Positions 18,107 to 29,500 of a DNA stretch of 64,000 bases are shown one piece after another. A model generated the notes under the pieces. The model was not told where the DNA came from, did no database searches, and was given only the letters and a program-made list of their open reading frames with translations. The number at the start of each line of letters is the position of its first letter. The stretch's first letter is position 1. Source of the DNA: a virus; IMG/VR virus record IMGVR_UViG_3300023174_000138, positions 14,144 through 78,143 of that record, one strand, 5' to 3'. The position numbers and the translations under genes are program-made.

Positions 18107-18560
18107 TATTAACAGCTTCAGCCTGGGCCTCAATAACTTTGGCCTCGTCCATAATTTTCTTAAAAACTTCATCACGGCTTAGCATTAATCGATCTTTTCT
18201 ATCTTCTTCTTTCAACATTTTACGTGATTCTATTTCCATTGCCTTTAAATCTTTGGCCGAATCGCGTCTTATTTGAGTGATGTGCACATCTTTAATTACA
18301 GAAAGCGCGCTTGCTACAGCCTTCAGCGCTTGCGACAACGCCTCTACTTCCCTGCTTTCAGGGTTATTCATTACATAATCTTTTACACCCTCAACTATTT
18401 CAAGCCCTTGGGTGACTAGTTTACCTGTACTATTAAGTACAAAGTCTTCTAGCTTTTCTCTAGGTAAATTAAAGTCCTGTTTAAGTAGTTCTTTATTTGC
18501 AGAGGTGGTGGTTTGTAGCTGATTAATTAGATCATTTACGCTAAATTCTTTTTCTGGCAT
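18081..18560 (-). CDS. Probable terminase small subunit (T4 gp16-like)
   Basis: Helical 159-aa protein. NPESREVEALSQALKAVASA resembles the gp16 PR..EV...L.K motif. Late promoter 4 nt before the ATG. Confidence 0.55.
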   Translation of the reverse strand: MPEKEFSVNDLINQLQTTTSANKELLKQDFNLPREKLEDFVLNSTGKLVTQGLEIVEGVKDYVMNNPESREVEALSQALKAVASALSVIKDVHITQIRRDSAKDLKAMEIESRKMLKEEDRKDRLMLSRDEVFKKIMDEAKVIEAQAEAVNITLHPTLS

Positions 18561-18564
18561 ATAT

Positions 18565-18602
18565 TATTTATCCCTTGAAATATATATACCATACTTTATA
18601 TT
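18565..18602. promoter_or_regulatory. Divergent late promoter (minus, small terminase) and sigma70-like promoter (plus, dut-gp44)
   Basis: TAAATA 18570-18565; TTGAAA(18575)-16-TATATT, 6 nt before ATG 18609. Confidence 0.6.
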
Positions 18603-18608
18603 AATGAT

Positions 18609-19058
18609 ATGACGACTAACGCTCCTCTGTATGCTCCTAGTATGAAATTTGAAAAGACTCACTCTGAGGCTGTACTACCAGCAAAAAATTTTCCATCCGA
18701 TTCTGGCTGGGATTTAGTCGCTGTCGAAGACATAGTTATTCCTGCTAACGGCAGAAATACAGTGCCTGTAGGTCTGAAGCTAGCATATTTAGAGAGCGGA
18801 TACTGGTTAAGTGTCGAGTCTAGGTCAGGCTTGAGTTTTAAACACGGTATACTTGCTCACCCCGGTATTATAGATCAAAACTATAGAGGTGATCTCGGGG
18901 TGCTACTCTACAACCATAACGCTGCAGATTACAATGTTAAGAAAGGTGATAGAATAGCGCAACTTGTATTGCATTACAACATTGATATTAATGTTGGGTG
19001 GGGAACGGTTCAAAGTACCGATCGTGGCGAAAAAGGTTTCGGAAGTAGTGGGAAATGA
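18609..19058 (+). CDS. dut: dUTPase (trimeric)
   Basis: SGWDL, RSGLS, GIIDQNYRG, RIAQLV and RGEKGFGSSG motifs. Confidence 0.96.
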   Translation: MTTNAPLYAPSMKFEKTHSEAVLPAKNFPSDSGWDLVAVEDIVIPANGRNTVPVGLKLAYLESGYWLSVESRSGLSFKHGILAHPGIIDQNYRGDLGVLLYNHNAADYNVKKGDRIAQLVLHYNIDINVGWGTVQSTDRGEKGFGSSGK

Positions 19059-19990
19059 TGGATGTTAATAGAGTTTGGACGGAAAAATACCGCCCAACAA
19101 AGCTAGATGATATTATTTTATCTGATAAAAATAGAAGTATACTAAAAACATTTATTGATAACGATGAAATACCAAACCTATTATTCTGCGGGCATGCAGG
19201 AATAGGCAAAACAACCACAGCAAAAGCTCTCATTAATCATCTAGATGCTGAATTTATTTATCAAAATTGTTCAGAAGTTGGTATAGATACTGTACGTAAT
19301 GATATTACCGGTTTCAGTAGAACAAAAAGCTTTAATGGTAAAAAGAAAATTGTTCTTCTAGATGAAATAGATGGTATTGCATCAATAGATGCACAACGAT
19401 CGCTAAGAAATGTTTTGGAAGAATATGCTGGACATTGTCGATTTATTTTAACATGTAATTACAAGCATAGAGTCATTATACCTTTACAAAGTAGATGTCA
19501 ATCTTTGGACTTAGATCCAAATATAACCGATGTTGCAAAGCGCTGTCTTTACATTTTAAAACAAGAGAATACTAGTATTGACGACGATAGTAAGAGAAAA
19601 TTAGTCGGGTTATTGCGAAAATATTTCCCCGATATTCGTAAAAGCATTAACGAAATGCAGAAATTTTGTATTGATGGTAAGTTATCTATACCTGAATTAA
19701 ATATTGCCAATGATTTTATAGGTAAAGTCATTTCATTGGTTTTATCTAAAAAAACGCTTCAAGGTAGAAAGCTAATCATAGAAAACGAGGCCGTATTTAA
19801 CGGTGACTATCCCGTTCTTATGAAGAATCTTTTTGATGAAGTATGTACAGGTAATTACAAGCTTACAGATAATCAGAAAAGACTATGGTTGGTTGCTATA
19901 GGCGAATACATGTACAGATCTACATTAGTTCTAGATCAAGAAATTAACTTTTACTGTCTCCTACTAACTTTGAGCGATCTTAACGGCTAG
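19055..19990 (+). CDS. gp44: Clamp loader AAA+ subunit (T4 gp44 / RFC-like)
   Basis: WTEKYRP, PNLLFCGHAGIGKTT, LDEID, RFILTCN, PLQSRC and DQEIN motifs. Confidence 0.93.
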   Translation: MMDVNRVWTEKYRPTKLDDIILSDKNRSILKTFIDNDEIPNLLFCGHAGIGKTTTAKALINHLDAEFIYQNCSEVGIDTVRNDITGFSRTKSFNGKKKIVLLDEIDGIASIDAQRSLRNVLEEYAGHCRFILTCNYKHRVIIPLQSRCQSLDLDPNITDVAKRCLYILKQENTSIDDDSKRKLVGLLRKYFPDIRKSINEMQKFCIDGKLSIPELNIANDFIGKVISLVLSKKTLQGRKLIIENEAVFNGDYPVLMKNLFDEVCTGNYKLTDNQKRLWLVAIGEYMYRSTLVLDQEINFYCLLLTLSDLNG

Positions 19991-20603
19991 GGAGATAACG
20001 AGCTGTTGTTTTACCGGGGTTAGGGAAGTTAGGATTGACAGCAGGCGACTTTTCGCCCTGCGCAGGAGAGCTTGGAATGGTTACATTTACATTATTGAGC
20101 TTTCTATCGCCTTCATTATCCTTTTTATTTCCTAAATCGCTTGTGCCTGTTTGTCTGTGAGGGGTTAGCATATTCTCAGTGTTATTAGTTGTATCTTCCA
20201 ACTTAGGGTCAATGTTAGAATTATCTTTTCTCTTCAAACTATCAGGGATTGGTGCTAAATTCGGGTATGTATGAATGGGTTCGAGAACATGTGCAGGTAC
20301 TGTGATAAATTCTCTGTAAAGACCCGGGGCAACTTCCTGTACTAAATCTACTAAAAACGACTCTGCTTCATTTTGAATATCACCCGAATGAATTGTTGGA
20401 CGAACAGCCTTTACAGCACTTACTCTTAGATTAAGACCGCCTTCACTAAAAGATTTTGCTTTTTGAAGATAGTTTGGGGCTTGTTTCTTAAAAAAATCAT
20501 CTTTAAAAGCATTTTCTGTAAATTTAACTAAATCACCTGTAAGAAAACCACCCCTTGTAAAACGTTGAATCGTTGATTCGTATAAAGCAACAAATTTATT
20601 CAT
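19980..20603 (-). CDS. Late hypothetical protein, candidate internal head protein
   Basis: 207 aa; TATAAATA 8 nt before the ATG; N-terminus MNKFVALYE. Confidence 0.7.
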   Translation of the reverse strand: MNKFVALYESTIQRFTRGGFLTGDLVKFTENAFKDDFFKKQAPNYLQKAKSFSEGGLNLRVSAVKAVRPTIHSGDIQNEAESFLVDLVQEVAPGLYREFITVPAHVLEPIHTYPNLAPIPDSLKRKDNSNIDPKLEDTTNNTENMLTPHRQTGTSDLGNKKDNEGDRKLNNVNVTIPSSPAQGEKSPAVNPNFPNPGKTTARYLPSR

Positions 20604-20611
20604 ATCTTTAT

Positions 20612-20670
20612 TATTTATACTTGAAACCTTGCAAATAAATACTTTCGCAACAAATATTACTTAATAAATA
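20612..20670. promoter_or_regulatory. Divergent late promoters for the 207-aa gene and gp25
   Basis: TATAAATA on the minus strand (20619-20612) and ATAAATA on the plus strand (20664-20670). Confidence 0.75.
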
Positions 20671-20674
20671 TAGT

Positions 20675-21142
20675 ATGGCAGCTATTGTACTGAACACTTT
20701 TTCCGCACCAGCCTCTGGTGCCATATACAAGGATTTGCTTATAGATTTAAAAATAGACTATACCCAGAATGTTCAATTAGAAAAACGTAGAGAGATCAAG
20801 GATTTACAAAGATCTGAAGATATTGGCGCGATTAAAAATAGTCTATTTACCCTGTTTACTACTATGCCTGGCCAAAAAATATTAAACCCCATCTACGGTT
20901 TAAACCTAATGCAATACTTGTTTGTGCCTGTTTCCACGTCACAAGCACGGATTATTGGAGAATCGATTTTTTCTGGTATACGTAAATTTGAGCCAAGAGT
21001 TCAAGTGAGAAAGCTTAATGTTGAGGCGCTAACAGATGAAAATCAGTACTTAATATCAATGATTATTGATGTCCCGTCGTTAAATATACAAGGAGTTTCT
21101 ATATTAAGTACATTAAATGATTCTGGATATTATTTTAACTAA
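20675..21142 (+). CDS. gp25: Baseplate wedge protein (gp25-like)
   Basis: AIKNSL..LFTT.PGQKILNP.YG.NL..YLF and I.KFEPRV motifs. Confidence 0.9.
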   Translation: MAAIVLNTFSAPASGAIYKDLLIDLKIDYTQNVQLEKRREIKDLQRSEDIGAIKNSLFTLFTTMPGQKILNPIYGLNLMQYLFVPVSTSQARIIGESIFSGIRKFEPRVQVRKLNVEALTDENQYLISMIIDVPSLNIQGVSILSTLNDSGYYFN

Positions 21143-21144
21143 TT

Positions 21145-23022
21145 ATGAATAGCGACATTACAGCAAACCCTTTTAATTTACCGCTAAATGCTTATGCTGC
21201 ATTTGACGCGGCTAATTTAAAATCGTTAATGATTCAACGCTTGAATCAAGGAAACGTATTTACAGATCAAATTTATGAAGGAAGTAACTTTAATAGCCTT
21301 CTAGATATCATTGCGTATAGTTACAATGTTCTATTATTTTATTTGAATAAAACAGCAAGCGAAAGTTCATTTAGCCAGGTCCAGCTATATGAAAACATGA
21401 ATCGAATTGTAAAGTTATTAAATTATGATCCTATTGGCTATCAAACAAGTATCCTTGCGTTCAACGCCACAGCGCCATCATTATTAGATAGAGGTGTGTA
21501 CACAATACCAAGATATTCCTATTTTACTATAAATGGCATCACATATACATTTACCGAGGATACGACTTTTATAAAAACAATTGACGGTGATGAGGAACTT
21601 ACGACTTTAAGTGACTCCTCTGTTCTTTACCAAGGCAGTATTATTAGCTACCCGTCCTATCTTGCAACAGGTGCACCGTATGAGGAATTTGTATTAGCAT
21701 CTGTTGCTCAAGATGGGACGTCTGATATTATTGATCACAATAACATACATGTCTATGTAACTACAGCTGACGGTACATACGAACAATGGAAAAGAGTAAG
21801 CAGTCTTTACTTAGAAGATTCTAATAGTAAAAGTTTTGAATGCAGGTTAAACGAAAATCAGAGATATGTATTAAAGTTTGGCAATGATGTTAATGGTAGA
21901 CAGCTTTCTACAAACAGTATTGTTAGTGTTTTTTATCTCAGGAGCGATGGTACTGTAGGCCAGGTAGGGCCTAATACTCTTGACGGTACCAAATTGTTTT
22001 TGTACAGGCAACCTCTATTTACAAAAATATTTAATGATATTAAATCTAGTACAACATATCTAAGTGATTTGCAAGCTGCTTCATTAATATTTTCTAACTC
22101 TTCACCGAGTACAGTTTTTTCAAACTTGGAAACAACAATAGATATTAGAAATAATGCCCCTAATGCGTTTAAAACACAGTATAGATTAGTAACAACAAAC
22201 GATGTCGAGACCTACATTAAAAATAATTTTAATAATGTACTTAATGATGTTAGTGTGCTGAATAATTGGGAATATCTCGCAGAGCATGTAAGATATCTTT
22301 ACAATTTAGGCTTAAAAGCCCCGAATAATGATAGCCGTGTATTATTCAATCAAGTTGCGTTTGCTGATAGTTGTGATTTTAATAATCTTTACATTTATGC
22401 TGTTCCTAAATTACAAAATAACAATATTTTTAGTACGACATTGAGAAATAATTATCTGAACACTGGTTTAAAAGATAAAATTCTTAATACTTTGCAAGAC
22501 ATAAAAATGGCTACGGTTGAAATGATAATGATGGACCCAGTTTATGTTGCTGTAGGTCTGGGGGTAGGAAGCACCGATGAAGTTAATAATGAGCTATTAA
22601 CTACAGATATTGTTGGTACAACAGTTTTAATAATAGGAAGATCTCCCGGTAGTAGATACTCAGAAGATGAAATAAAATCTCAAGTAACAAATATTTTCAC
22701 AAATTATTTTAGTGTTGAAAATTGTAAGCTAGGGCAAACAATTGATATTTCCTATCTTGCAGCGTCTATCTTGTCAATAGAGGGAGTGACATCGTTAAAA
22801 ACTCAACGCTATGTTAACGGGCAACAAATACTAAAAAGCGGTTTAAGTCTAATAGTATTTAATCCTGTTTATAGCGAGCCAAAAGAAGATATTTCAATAA
22901 TTTCACAAAATTTAATTTTACCTCGCTTTAAAATACCGTACTTATATCAACCTGAAAATATATTTTCACAAATTGTAATTGCAACGCCTGATACACAAGA
23001 AAAAAGTATAAGGGAGTATTGA
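21145..23022 (+). CDS. gp6: Baseplate wedge protein (gp6-like)
   Basis: FTDQIYEGSNFNSLLDIIAY, FGNDVNG and Q.RLVT..D motifs. Confidence 0.88.
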   Translation: MNSDITANPFNLPLNAYAAFDAANLKSLMIQRLNQGNVFTDQIYEGSNFNSLLDIIAYSYNVLLFYLNKTASESSFSQVQLYENMNRIVKLLNYDPIGYQTSILAFNATAPSLLDRGVYTIPRYSYFTINGITYTFTEDTTFIKTIDGDEELTTLSDSSVLYQGSIISYPSYLATGAPYEEFVLASVAQDGTSDIIDHNNIHVYVTTADGTYEQWKRVSSLYLEDSNSKSFECRLNENQRYVLKFGNDVNGRQLSTNSIVSVFYLRSDGTVGQVGPNTLDGTKLFLYRQPLFTKIFNDIKSSTTYLSDLQAASLIFSNSSPSTVFSNLETTIDIRNNAPNAFKTQYRLVTTNDVETYIKNNFNNVLNDVSVLNNWEYLAEHVRYLYNLGLKAPNNDSRVLFNQVAFADSCDFNNLYIYAVPKLQNNNIFSTTLRNNYLNTGLKDKILNTLQDIKMATVEMIMMDPVYVAVGLGVGSTDEVNNELLTTDIVGTTVLIIGRSPGSRYSEDEIKSQVTNIFTNYFSVENCKLGQTIDISYLAASILSIEGVTSLKTQRYVNGQQILKSGLSLIVFNPVYSEPKEDISIISQNLILPRFKIPYLYQPENIFSQIVIATPDTQEKSIREY

Positions 23023-23023
23023 T

Positions 23024-26000
23024 ATGCCTACACCAGGGGTAAGCATATTTACAACTGTAGTAAGTGGTAGCGATATATTTGCTGCAAAAAGCTATACTCT
23101 ACCGAATACCCCCTTTTACTTTACACCAGTCTGGGCAAACCTGTATAATGTAGATGAATCTGTTAATTTTAGTCAATATGAAATTGTATGGAATTTTGAC
23201 GACGGTACTACGTTTGTTGGCCCGAGCGCCTGTTACTATTATAAATTTCCTGGTGTATACAAACCGACTGCAACTTTTTTTGATAAGCAGGGAAATGCAT
23301 ATACGGTTACAGTTACTTACAAGCTTAGCGTTTATAATGTGTTCCCAGATACTGTGGTATTTGATGCTTTAGCACCAGCTGCGCTTGAAGGGGTGTACAT
23401 GCTACCTGCAGGCAAAAAGAGTGAACCATTAAAAATTTTTAGATATAACAGCTGGCAACATGATGCTTTTCTCTCACAAAACAATTATACAATAAATCTA
23501 TATGCTTCTGGCTCAAAAAGCACATATTATTCTCCTACAGAATACTACAAAGGTAGATATTCTCATTTAAGAAATTTTTTCGGGTTTATAGAAACTACAG
23601 CATCAACAAACAACACACTTATTACAAGAATTGTTGATAAAACAACAACAACATCAGTAAGTGTTTATGCTACACCAATTTTTGACGTGCTAAACAACAT
23701 AACGTTTAATTTTGATACTTTATCAAGTACTGGGTCTGTGTTTGTCGGTACGTCAGGCTCGGTAACAACATCAAATAAATTTGTTAGTTTTATTGATCAA
23801 ACACCGTCGCCAGCTGGCAAGAACACTTTGATATATTTGTTTGCTTCACAAGACTCAACAGGTTTTCAAGATAAATATACTATTGAAAAGGGGTTTAAGT
23901 CGTATCTTGAGCCTACACCTTACAGTGTTAATAATACATCTTGGCAAGTACAGTATCTTAAATCAGTCTTTAACCCTGCACAATCTATTAGCATTACTAG
24001 TAACGGTATAACTGTAGAAGGGGATACAGATACAATTGGTCCTCTGTCTTCTGAACAAATTAATTCCTTTTCAATATATCCAATCAAATGGACAGATTCA
24101 AAAATTTCTTTTTGCTGTATATTTAAGGATTCAGATAACTTTACCACAAAAAATTATCCACCAATAACCGGTTTTAGATATGACGGCAAGTTACCAACAG
24201 AATTAAATTCTATAAGCTTAAGTTTAGTTGAATACCAGCAACCTGAATATAGAACAGATATTCTTCAAACACAAAACGTTGTAGAAGATAAAGCAGTAAG
24301 AATACAAGATGCAATTTTTGAGAAAAACCAAACAATACCCCAGTTTGAAAATAGCAGTTATTTTTGTGGTACTGTTAAAACCAATACTGCTGTACACGTA
24401 GCTGCCATAAGCGCTTGCGCCCTAGTTAAAGATGAACCTATTTTAAATCTAGGCATTACATATGGCTACGCAGGTCAACCAGGTCTAGGTAATATCAAGA
24501 GATTTAAGAAAAATATTACAATGGATCATTGTAGCTCTGAAAATTTACAATTTGAAATTCTTGCAACGGGTACTAACGCTATTACCACCTCAAACAATTC
24601 GAGTATAGGAATATCCGTATTGCCTATGGGTAATTACAAATTAGGTGAAAATAGAGTTTATATCACCGATGCAGATAATGATACAATAAAAGTATTTAAT
24701 AATGACGGTTTGAGACTAGGAGCAATTGATTTGCGTAATGCATTAGTTTACAATGGAGAAAATAACTTACCTATTTCAGTAAATCTTCTTGGTAATTTAG
24801 ACAGCGCATCACCTGCTAACATTGCAATAGACGGTGATGGTAATGCGTGGGTTTCATTATACGACAGCGGCTCGTGTTTTAAATTTGACTATACAACTTT
24901 AACTATAACTGCTTGTGCTGTACCGCCATTAATTAACGTCGAATATGTGTATTCGGACTATTACACGGTAAGTGGTTTTGCAGGAGAAAACAGCTTACTA
25001 CCCGCTTGTATTGATACTGATACGCAGAATAATGTTATTGTTGGTTATAGCCATCCAATTAGCGGTTTTGTTATTAAATACGATGCAAACGGAAATTTGT
25101 TAAAAATAGCCACTATTCCTGTTAATTTTTCTATTCAGGAGCTAATAGTTGACAGTGAAGATAATGTTTATGGTGTTGTCAAAACTCTTCTGCGTAACAA
25201 ACCAAACCCACACTATGTAGAAGACTTTCTATTTAAATGGGATAGTAGTTTAAATTTAGTTAATAATTTCCCTGTATCAATAAAAAATATTGGAAGCGCT
25301 ACTATAGACATGAACGAAAATATATATGTAAGCTCGCAAGCATCAAAATTTACTAGAGTAACGCCTACAGGGGAAGTTACAACGATAGATTTGCCTGCTT
25401 ACCCGGTGACCTACCTTCAATACATAGGAGGCATTGCCTGTGACGAGGAAGGGTTCATTTGGATAATTCATAATCAAACCGGTAAAATTTATTTTTATCC
25501 AATTAATGATTTACAGCAATTACCTTTATCAGGCATTTTTAGCGGTGACTTGCCTGATATTCAACTTACTACGTCTCTAGGGAGTCAAGCTATATACTCT
25601 GTAGCAGGGGACTGGACGGGAGTTAGGTGGATAAACAAATACATCCGAGAAACTACTACAACACCGCGGTATGTTTACGGAAAAAGTAATTTGTTTGCTA
25701 TTTACGAAAATAAACCCGTAATCGCTAAAATAAATGAAGATTTTGATCAAGCTGCGACACTTAAAAGTTATGCTTTGCAAGAATCGATGATTAATAAGCC
25801 TGTACTATTCGATGATTTTATAGGACAGATTGTAGGAGATTATAATAGCTTGCCAACTGATCTCGGCAAAACTATTTACGAAAAAATCGCTAATTTTGTA
25901 GCAAATAATAGCGATGTTGATACATGCGAACTCGAGTCCTTAAGAAATCACTACGAAATGGTAGGTAAAGATCTTGAACAGTTTGGGGTCAATTACCCGC

Positions 26001-26536
26001 CTAAATTACGCAGAATAATGAATCTTTTAAGTATAAAGCCGAGTAAGCTTCTCGGTTCACCAAATACATTTAATCAAAATTTTAGCAGGTTACCTTATAA
26101 TCAAGATAAACAAAATCTAGGCGAGGAAATTTCTATCGATACCGGGACATTTATTGCAGGTGAACCTATAATTAGTTTTGAAAAGTTTAGTGAAAAATAT
26201 AAGCTAATTTATAATACAATAATCCCATTAACAGATGGAACTTTTTGTTCTGCAGGCCAAGTATGTGCTCTAAGCGGTATTAATTATAATTGGGGCTGGG
26301 GACTTGTTACATCTGATAACAGTGTATCCGGGGCAAGCATTGGACAATTTTATAGATTTTATAAATACATACCATACATGCCTTTAACACCAATTGACAG
26401 CGTAATAGACTTTAACAGTAGTCAAAACACCTACACCAATACGCAAAGTTCCTATGGATCCTGGATTGAATACGGTGGCGGAATGGATGTGGCATTATCA
26501 AGAGCACTATATGAAGGGTTAAACTTATATGATTAA
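23024..26536 (+). CDS. Large baseplate/virion protein with PKD-like, NHL-like propeller and wedge-like domains
   Basis: WNFDDGT..Y.FPGVY (PKD-like); repeated IAIDGDGNAWV-type blades; C-terminal IANFV.N.SDVDTC...L. Confidence 0.6.
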   Translation: MPTPGVSIFTTVVSGSDIFAAKSYTLPNTPFYFTPVWANLYNVDESVNFSQYEIVWNFDDGTTFVGPSACYYYKFPGVYKPTATFFDKQGNAYTVTVTYKLSVYNVFPDTVVFDALAPAALEGVYMLPAGKKSEPLKIFRYNSWQHDAFLSQNNYTINLYASGSKSTYYSPTEYYKGRYSHLRNFFGFIETTASTNNTLITRIVDKTTTTSVSVYATPIFDVLNNITFNFDTLSSTGSVFVGTSGSVTTSNKFVSFIDQTPSPAGKNTLIYLFASQDSTGFQDKYTIEKGFKSYLEPTPYSVNNTSWQVQYLKSVFNPAQSISITSNGITVEGDTDTIGPLSSEQINSFSIYPIKWTDSKISFCCIFKDSDNFTTKNYPPITGFRYDGKLPTELNSISLSLVEYQQPEYRTDILQTQNVVEDKAVRIQDAIFEKNQTIPQFENSSYFCGTVKTNTAVHVAAISACALVKDEPILNLGITYGYAGQPGLGNIKRFKKNITMDHCSSENLQFEILATGTNAITTSNNSSIGISVLPMGNYKLGENRVYITDADNDTIKVFNNDGLRLGAIDLRNALVYNGENNLPISVNLLGNLDSASPANIAIDGDGNAWVSLYDSGSCFKFDYTTLTITACAVPPLINVEYVYSDYYTVSGFAGENSLLPACIDTDTQNNVIVGYSHPISGFVIKYDANGNLLKIATIPVNFSIQELIVDSEDNVYGVVKTLLRNKPNPHYVEDFLFKWDSSLNLVNNFPVSIKNIGSATIDMNENIYVSSQASKFTRVTPTGEVTTIDLPAYPVTYLQYIGGIACDEEGFIWIIHNQTGKIYFYPINDLQQLPLSGIFSGDLPDIQLTTSLGSQAIYSVAGDWTGVRWINKYIRETTTTPRYVYGKSNLFAIYENKPVIAKINEDFDQAATLKSYALQESMINKPVLFDDFIGQIVGDYNSLPTDLGKTIYEKIANFVANNSDVDTCELESLRNHYEMVGKDLEQFGVNYPPKLRRIMNLLSIKPSKLLGSPNTFNQNFSRLPYNQDKQNLGEEISIDTGTFIAGEPIISFEKFSEKYKLIYNTIIPLTDGTFCSAGQVCALSGINYNWGWGLVTSDNSVSGASIGQFYRFYKYIPYMPLTPIDSVIDFNSSQNTYTNTQSSYGSWIEYGGGMDVALSRALYEGLNLYD

Positions 26537-29500
26537 TTCTAGTATAGTGAATAACAATTTTTTTGCTAGAGATTCAAACGAGCCTTTTACATTTTTACAG
26601 TGGCTTGTTCAAAGCACTAGTTCAAACTCCGATGTTAATATACAGTTTGCAAACTATAAAAAATATATTTTAAGATGGACAGAAAAAAAGTCTTTGTCTA
26701 AAAAAGAATCAAGTAAAACGTTGCAGTCCGCATATGTACAGGTACTTAGAGAAATAACCCTAACTTACAGTACGGAAGAAGAGAAGAGGTTTATAACGAA
26801 TGCAGATTTGACCAACCCTAGCGATATAGAAGTTATTTTACCTTTTTTTATAAACAGATTAAAACAAATATGCTTATACTATAGTATTGCACGTGAAAAA
26901 CTAAAATACACTTCAATTGAGTATAGTCAGAGAGGCACTAGTGTTAGTATTGAAAAGGCGGTTAAAGATTTAATTTTTTCCACTGCGCGTTTAGATCTTT
27001 CATTTGATAATTTACCTACATTTTTCCCTCCAATATCCGCTATAGCGCAAGATCTTTCTATATACATTGAAGAAGTATATGATACAACATCTAACTATTT
27101 TAATCAAACCGCGCCTGAAAAAAACACGAACAAAACTGCATTACAAAACATTAGCTCTACAAATATAATATTTGACACTCTTTACATAGATTTTAAGCAA
27201 GCGATAATTGATGCTATAAATTATTATCCCTTTTATTTGGATAGTATCATGGGGTTGTTTTCGGTAAATATTGCTCTTTCTGGAACAGAATTAAACTATT
27301 TAAAAAATAGAGATTTTATCGATTATATTAATACTGGATTATCTCAAGATTTAAAAATTAACCTACTCAAAAAACTAGCACCAAAATTTTTGGCTAATGA
27401 TTTTTATTTTTTAAGCACAGGTAATTCCGTGGCTAATACAGTCTCGGGTGTATTGTTTTCTGTGACTCCGCTCTCCGGGGCCCCGACTCTTAATCTACTC
27501 AACAGAAATAGCCCTACTGTTGCTACGGTACCGAGTGTGGATAATCTCTATACAGCTTATGAAATAGGTAAGTTTTTCTTACCTCAACACCAAGGAATTC
27601 TTGTTTACGCAACACCACAAAAAAAATTCTACATTAATAAAGAAAAATTACAACCTAATACTGTTTATACATTTCCGGATCCCGAAACTATTGGCAATGT
27701 TGTATACAACAACTCTACTGAAAAAGAAGCGATAACACCTTTAACCTATATTGTTGATGTTACATGGAACAAAACAAGTCGAAGCAATCAATATAAATTT
27801 GGAGATGTCTTCGCTACGCCCTATAATTCTTTTTATTATGGTTACCAGAGCAGGGAGCAAGATCTTAACCAAAGCGCATCAGGTATCAGTAGAGTTCAAG
27901 ATAACATAGATTTTTGGGATGGCCAAGAGAGCAATATATGGAAAAACGAAGACACATGGCCGGGCATAGATATGCTTGATAGTTACCCATATGAAAAAAG
28001 ACAAGATTCGCTCCTCATTAATACTGGTACTCCTGTATGCTGGAGTAGCGATATCTTTAATAACGATTTCTGTTTAATAAAAGAAATAGACAGTTTAAAA
28101 CCGGCCAGTAAAGAATTGACTAGTGACGGTGTTATGCCAGGTCAAAGCACCATATTGTCTGAACAAACAAATTATCTTAACGAAAAATCAATTTACGAAA
28201 AACACACCGAACCCGGTGTATTATATTTTCGAGACAATATAAAGGGTATAATACAATCAGGCTATGAAGCTTTAAGTTCAGTTATTTTAAGATATCATCC
28301 GTCAATTGTATCTGATATAAGAAGCAAGGTTTATTATTTTGCAATTTATGGTAACACTTTTGTATTAGAAACTAGCGGTCACGTTATAGTTGATAGCTTT
28401 GAGTATAATTATGATAGACTTGCTATAGAATCTATTACACCACAAGGTCTTATTTTTAATAAATTTAACAATAGCTCAAAACTTCAAAAATTTGTCGGTG
28501 AGTGGTATTCGGAGAAAAACAATCTTCTTTATTTGTGTTTTTTGAGGATAAGGAACGAAAGCGCTAGTTCAAACTATAAAGTAGTATACCCGGTAATTCA
28601 CGCAGCTACATTATCACCTCTTCAGAGCCGAATTATATACCCCAACAAAGAAACAGATCTTGTACGTATATATTCTCTTAGCGGTACATCGCTTCAACCG
28701 CCACAAGTTAATTTAGTTAATATTGATGGTGCAAGTTTTGAGTTTTTAAATAAAACTAATATTTTTAACATTACTTATTTCAGTAAAAACTTAAACAGCA
28801 TGCCATTTGTTGTTAATGAGCAAATTTTTAAGAATGAACCTTATTGTACGACATACAATCCTCAGTTTTTTCAACCTTTTTATTTTATAGTTGATAATAA
28901 CTACTATACACCTAGTCTTCCATACTTTGTTAAATACGTTGGAGCTTCTACCGGTTTGATAGGGTCACACTTAATAAATAGTGGCCGGTTTAATACTCTC
29001 GCATTTAATTTATCTAATATGAACTACGCATACTGTGACGGTATCAAGCCTTTACAGCTTAATTCACTAGCTAGCTACATAGTTCAGTTTGACTGGCAAA
29101 CATATAGCGAAATAACCATGTTCATTGGCTGTTCTAGCTACATTGTAAGAAAAATAGATGATTACTTGTTATGGAATGCATATACTTCAAAAGCAGGTTA
29201 TCTTTTTAAAGATACTACTATATCATCATATCAAGAAAAAATTTCTTCTAATAGTTTAACTATTCCAATCACTTCGTACATAACACGTCTTACAGATGAT
29301 GCGTCTTTAGTTAGATTTGATATTGTATCTAATCACCCTACCTTTAAAACCCCAGTTTGCGATAATCCAGACGATATATACCGTAGAATAACTATTACTA
29401 AGGCTGGCCCTGGTAAAGGCCAGGTATTATCTGATCCTTTTTGTATAGATTGCTCAGAAAAAGGCAATAAATGTTTTGAAGATTTTGGAATTAATACCAC

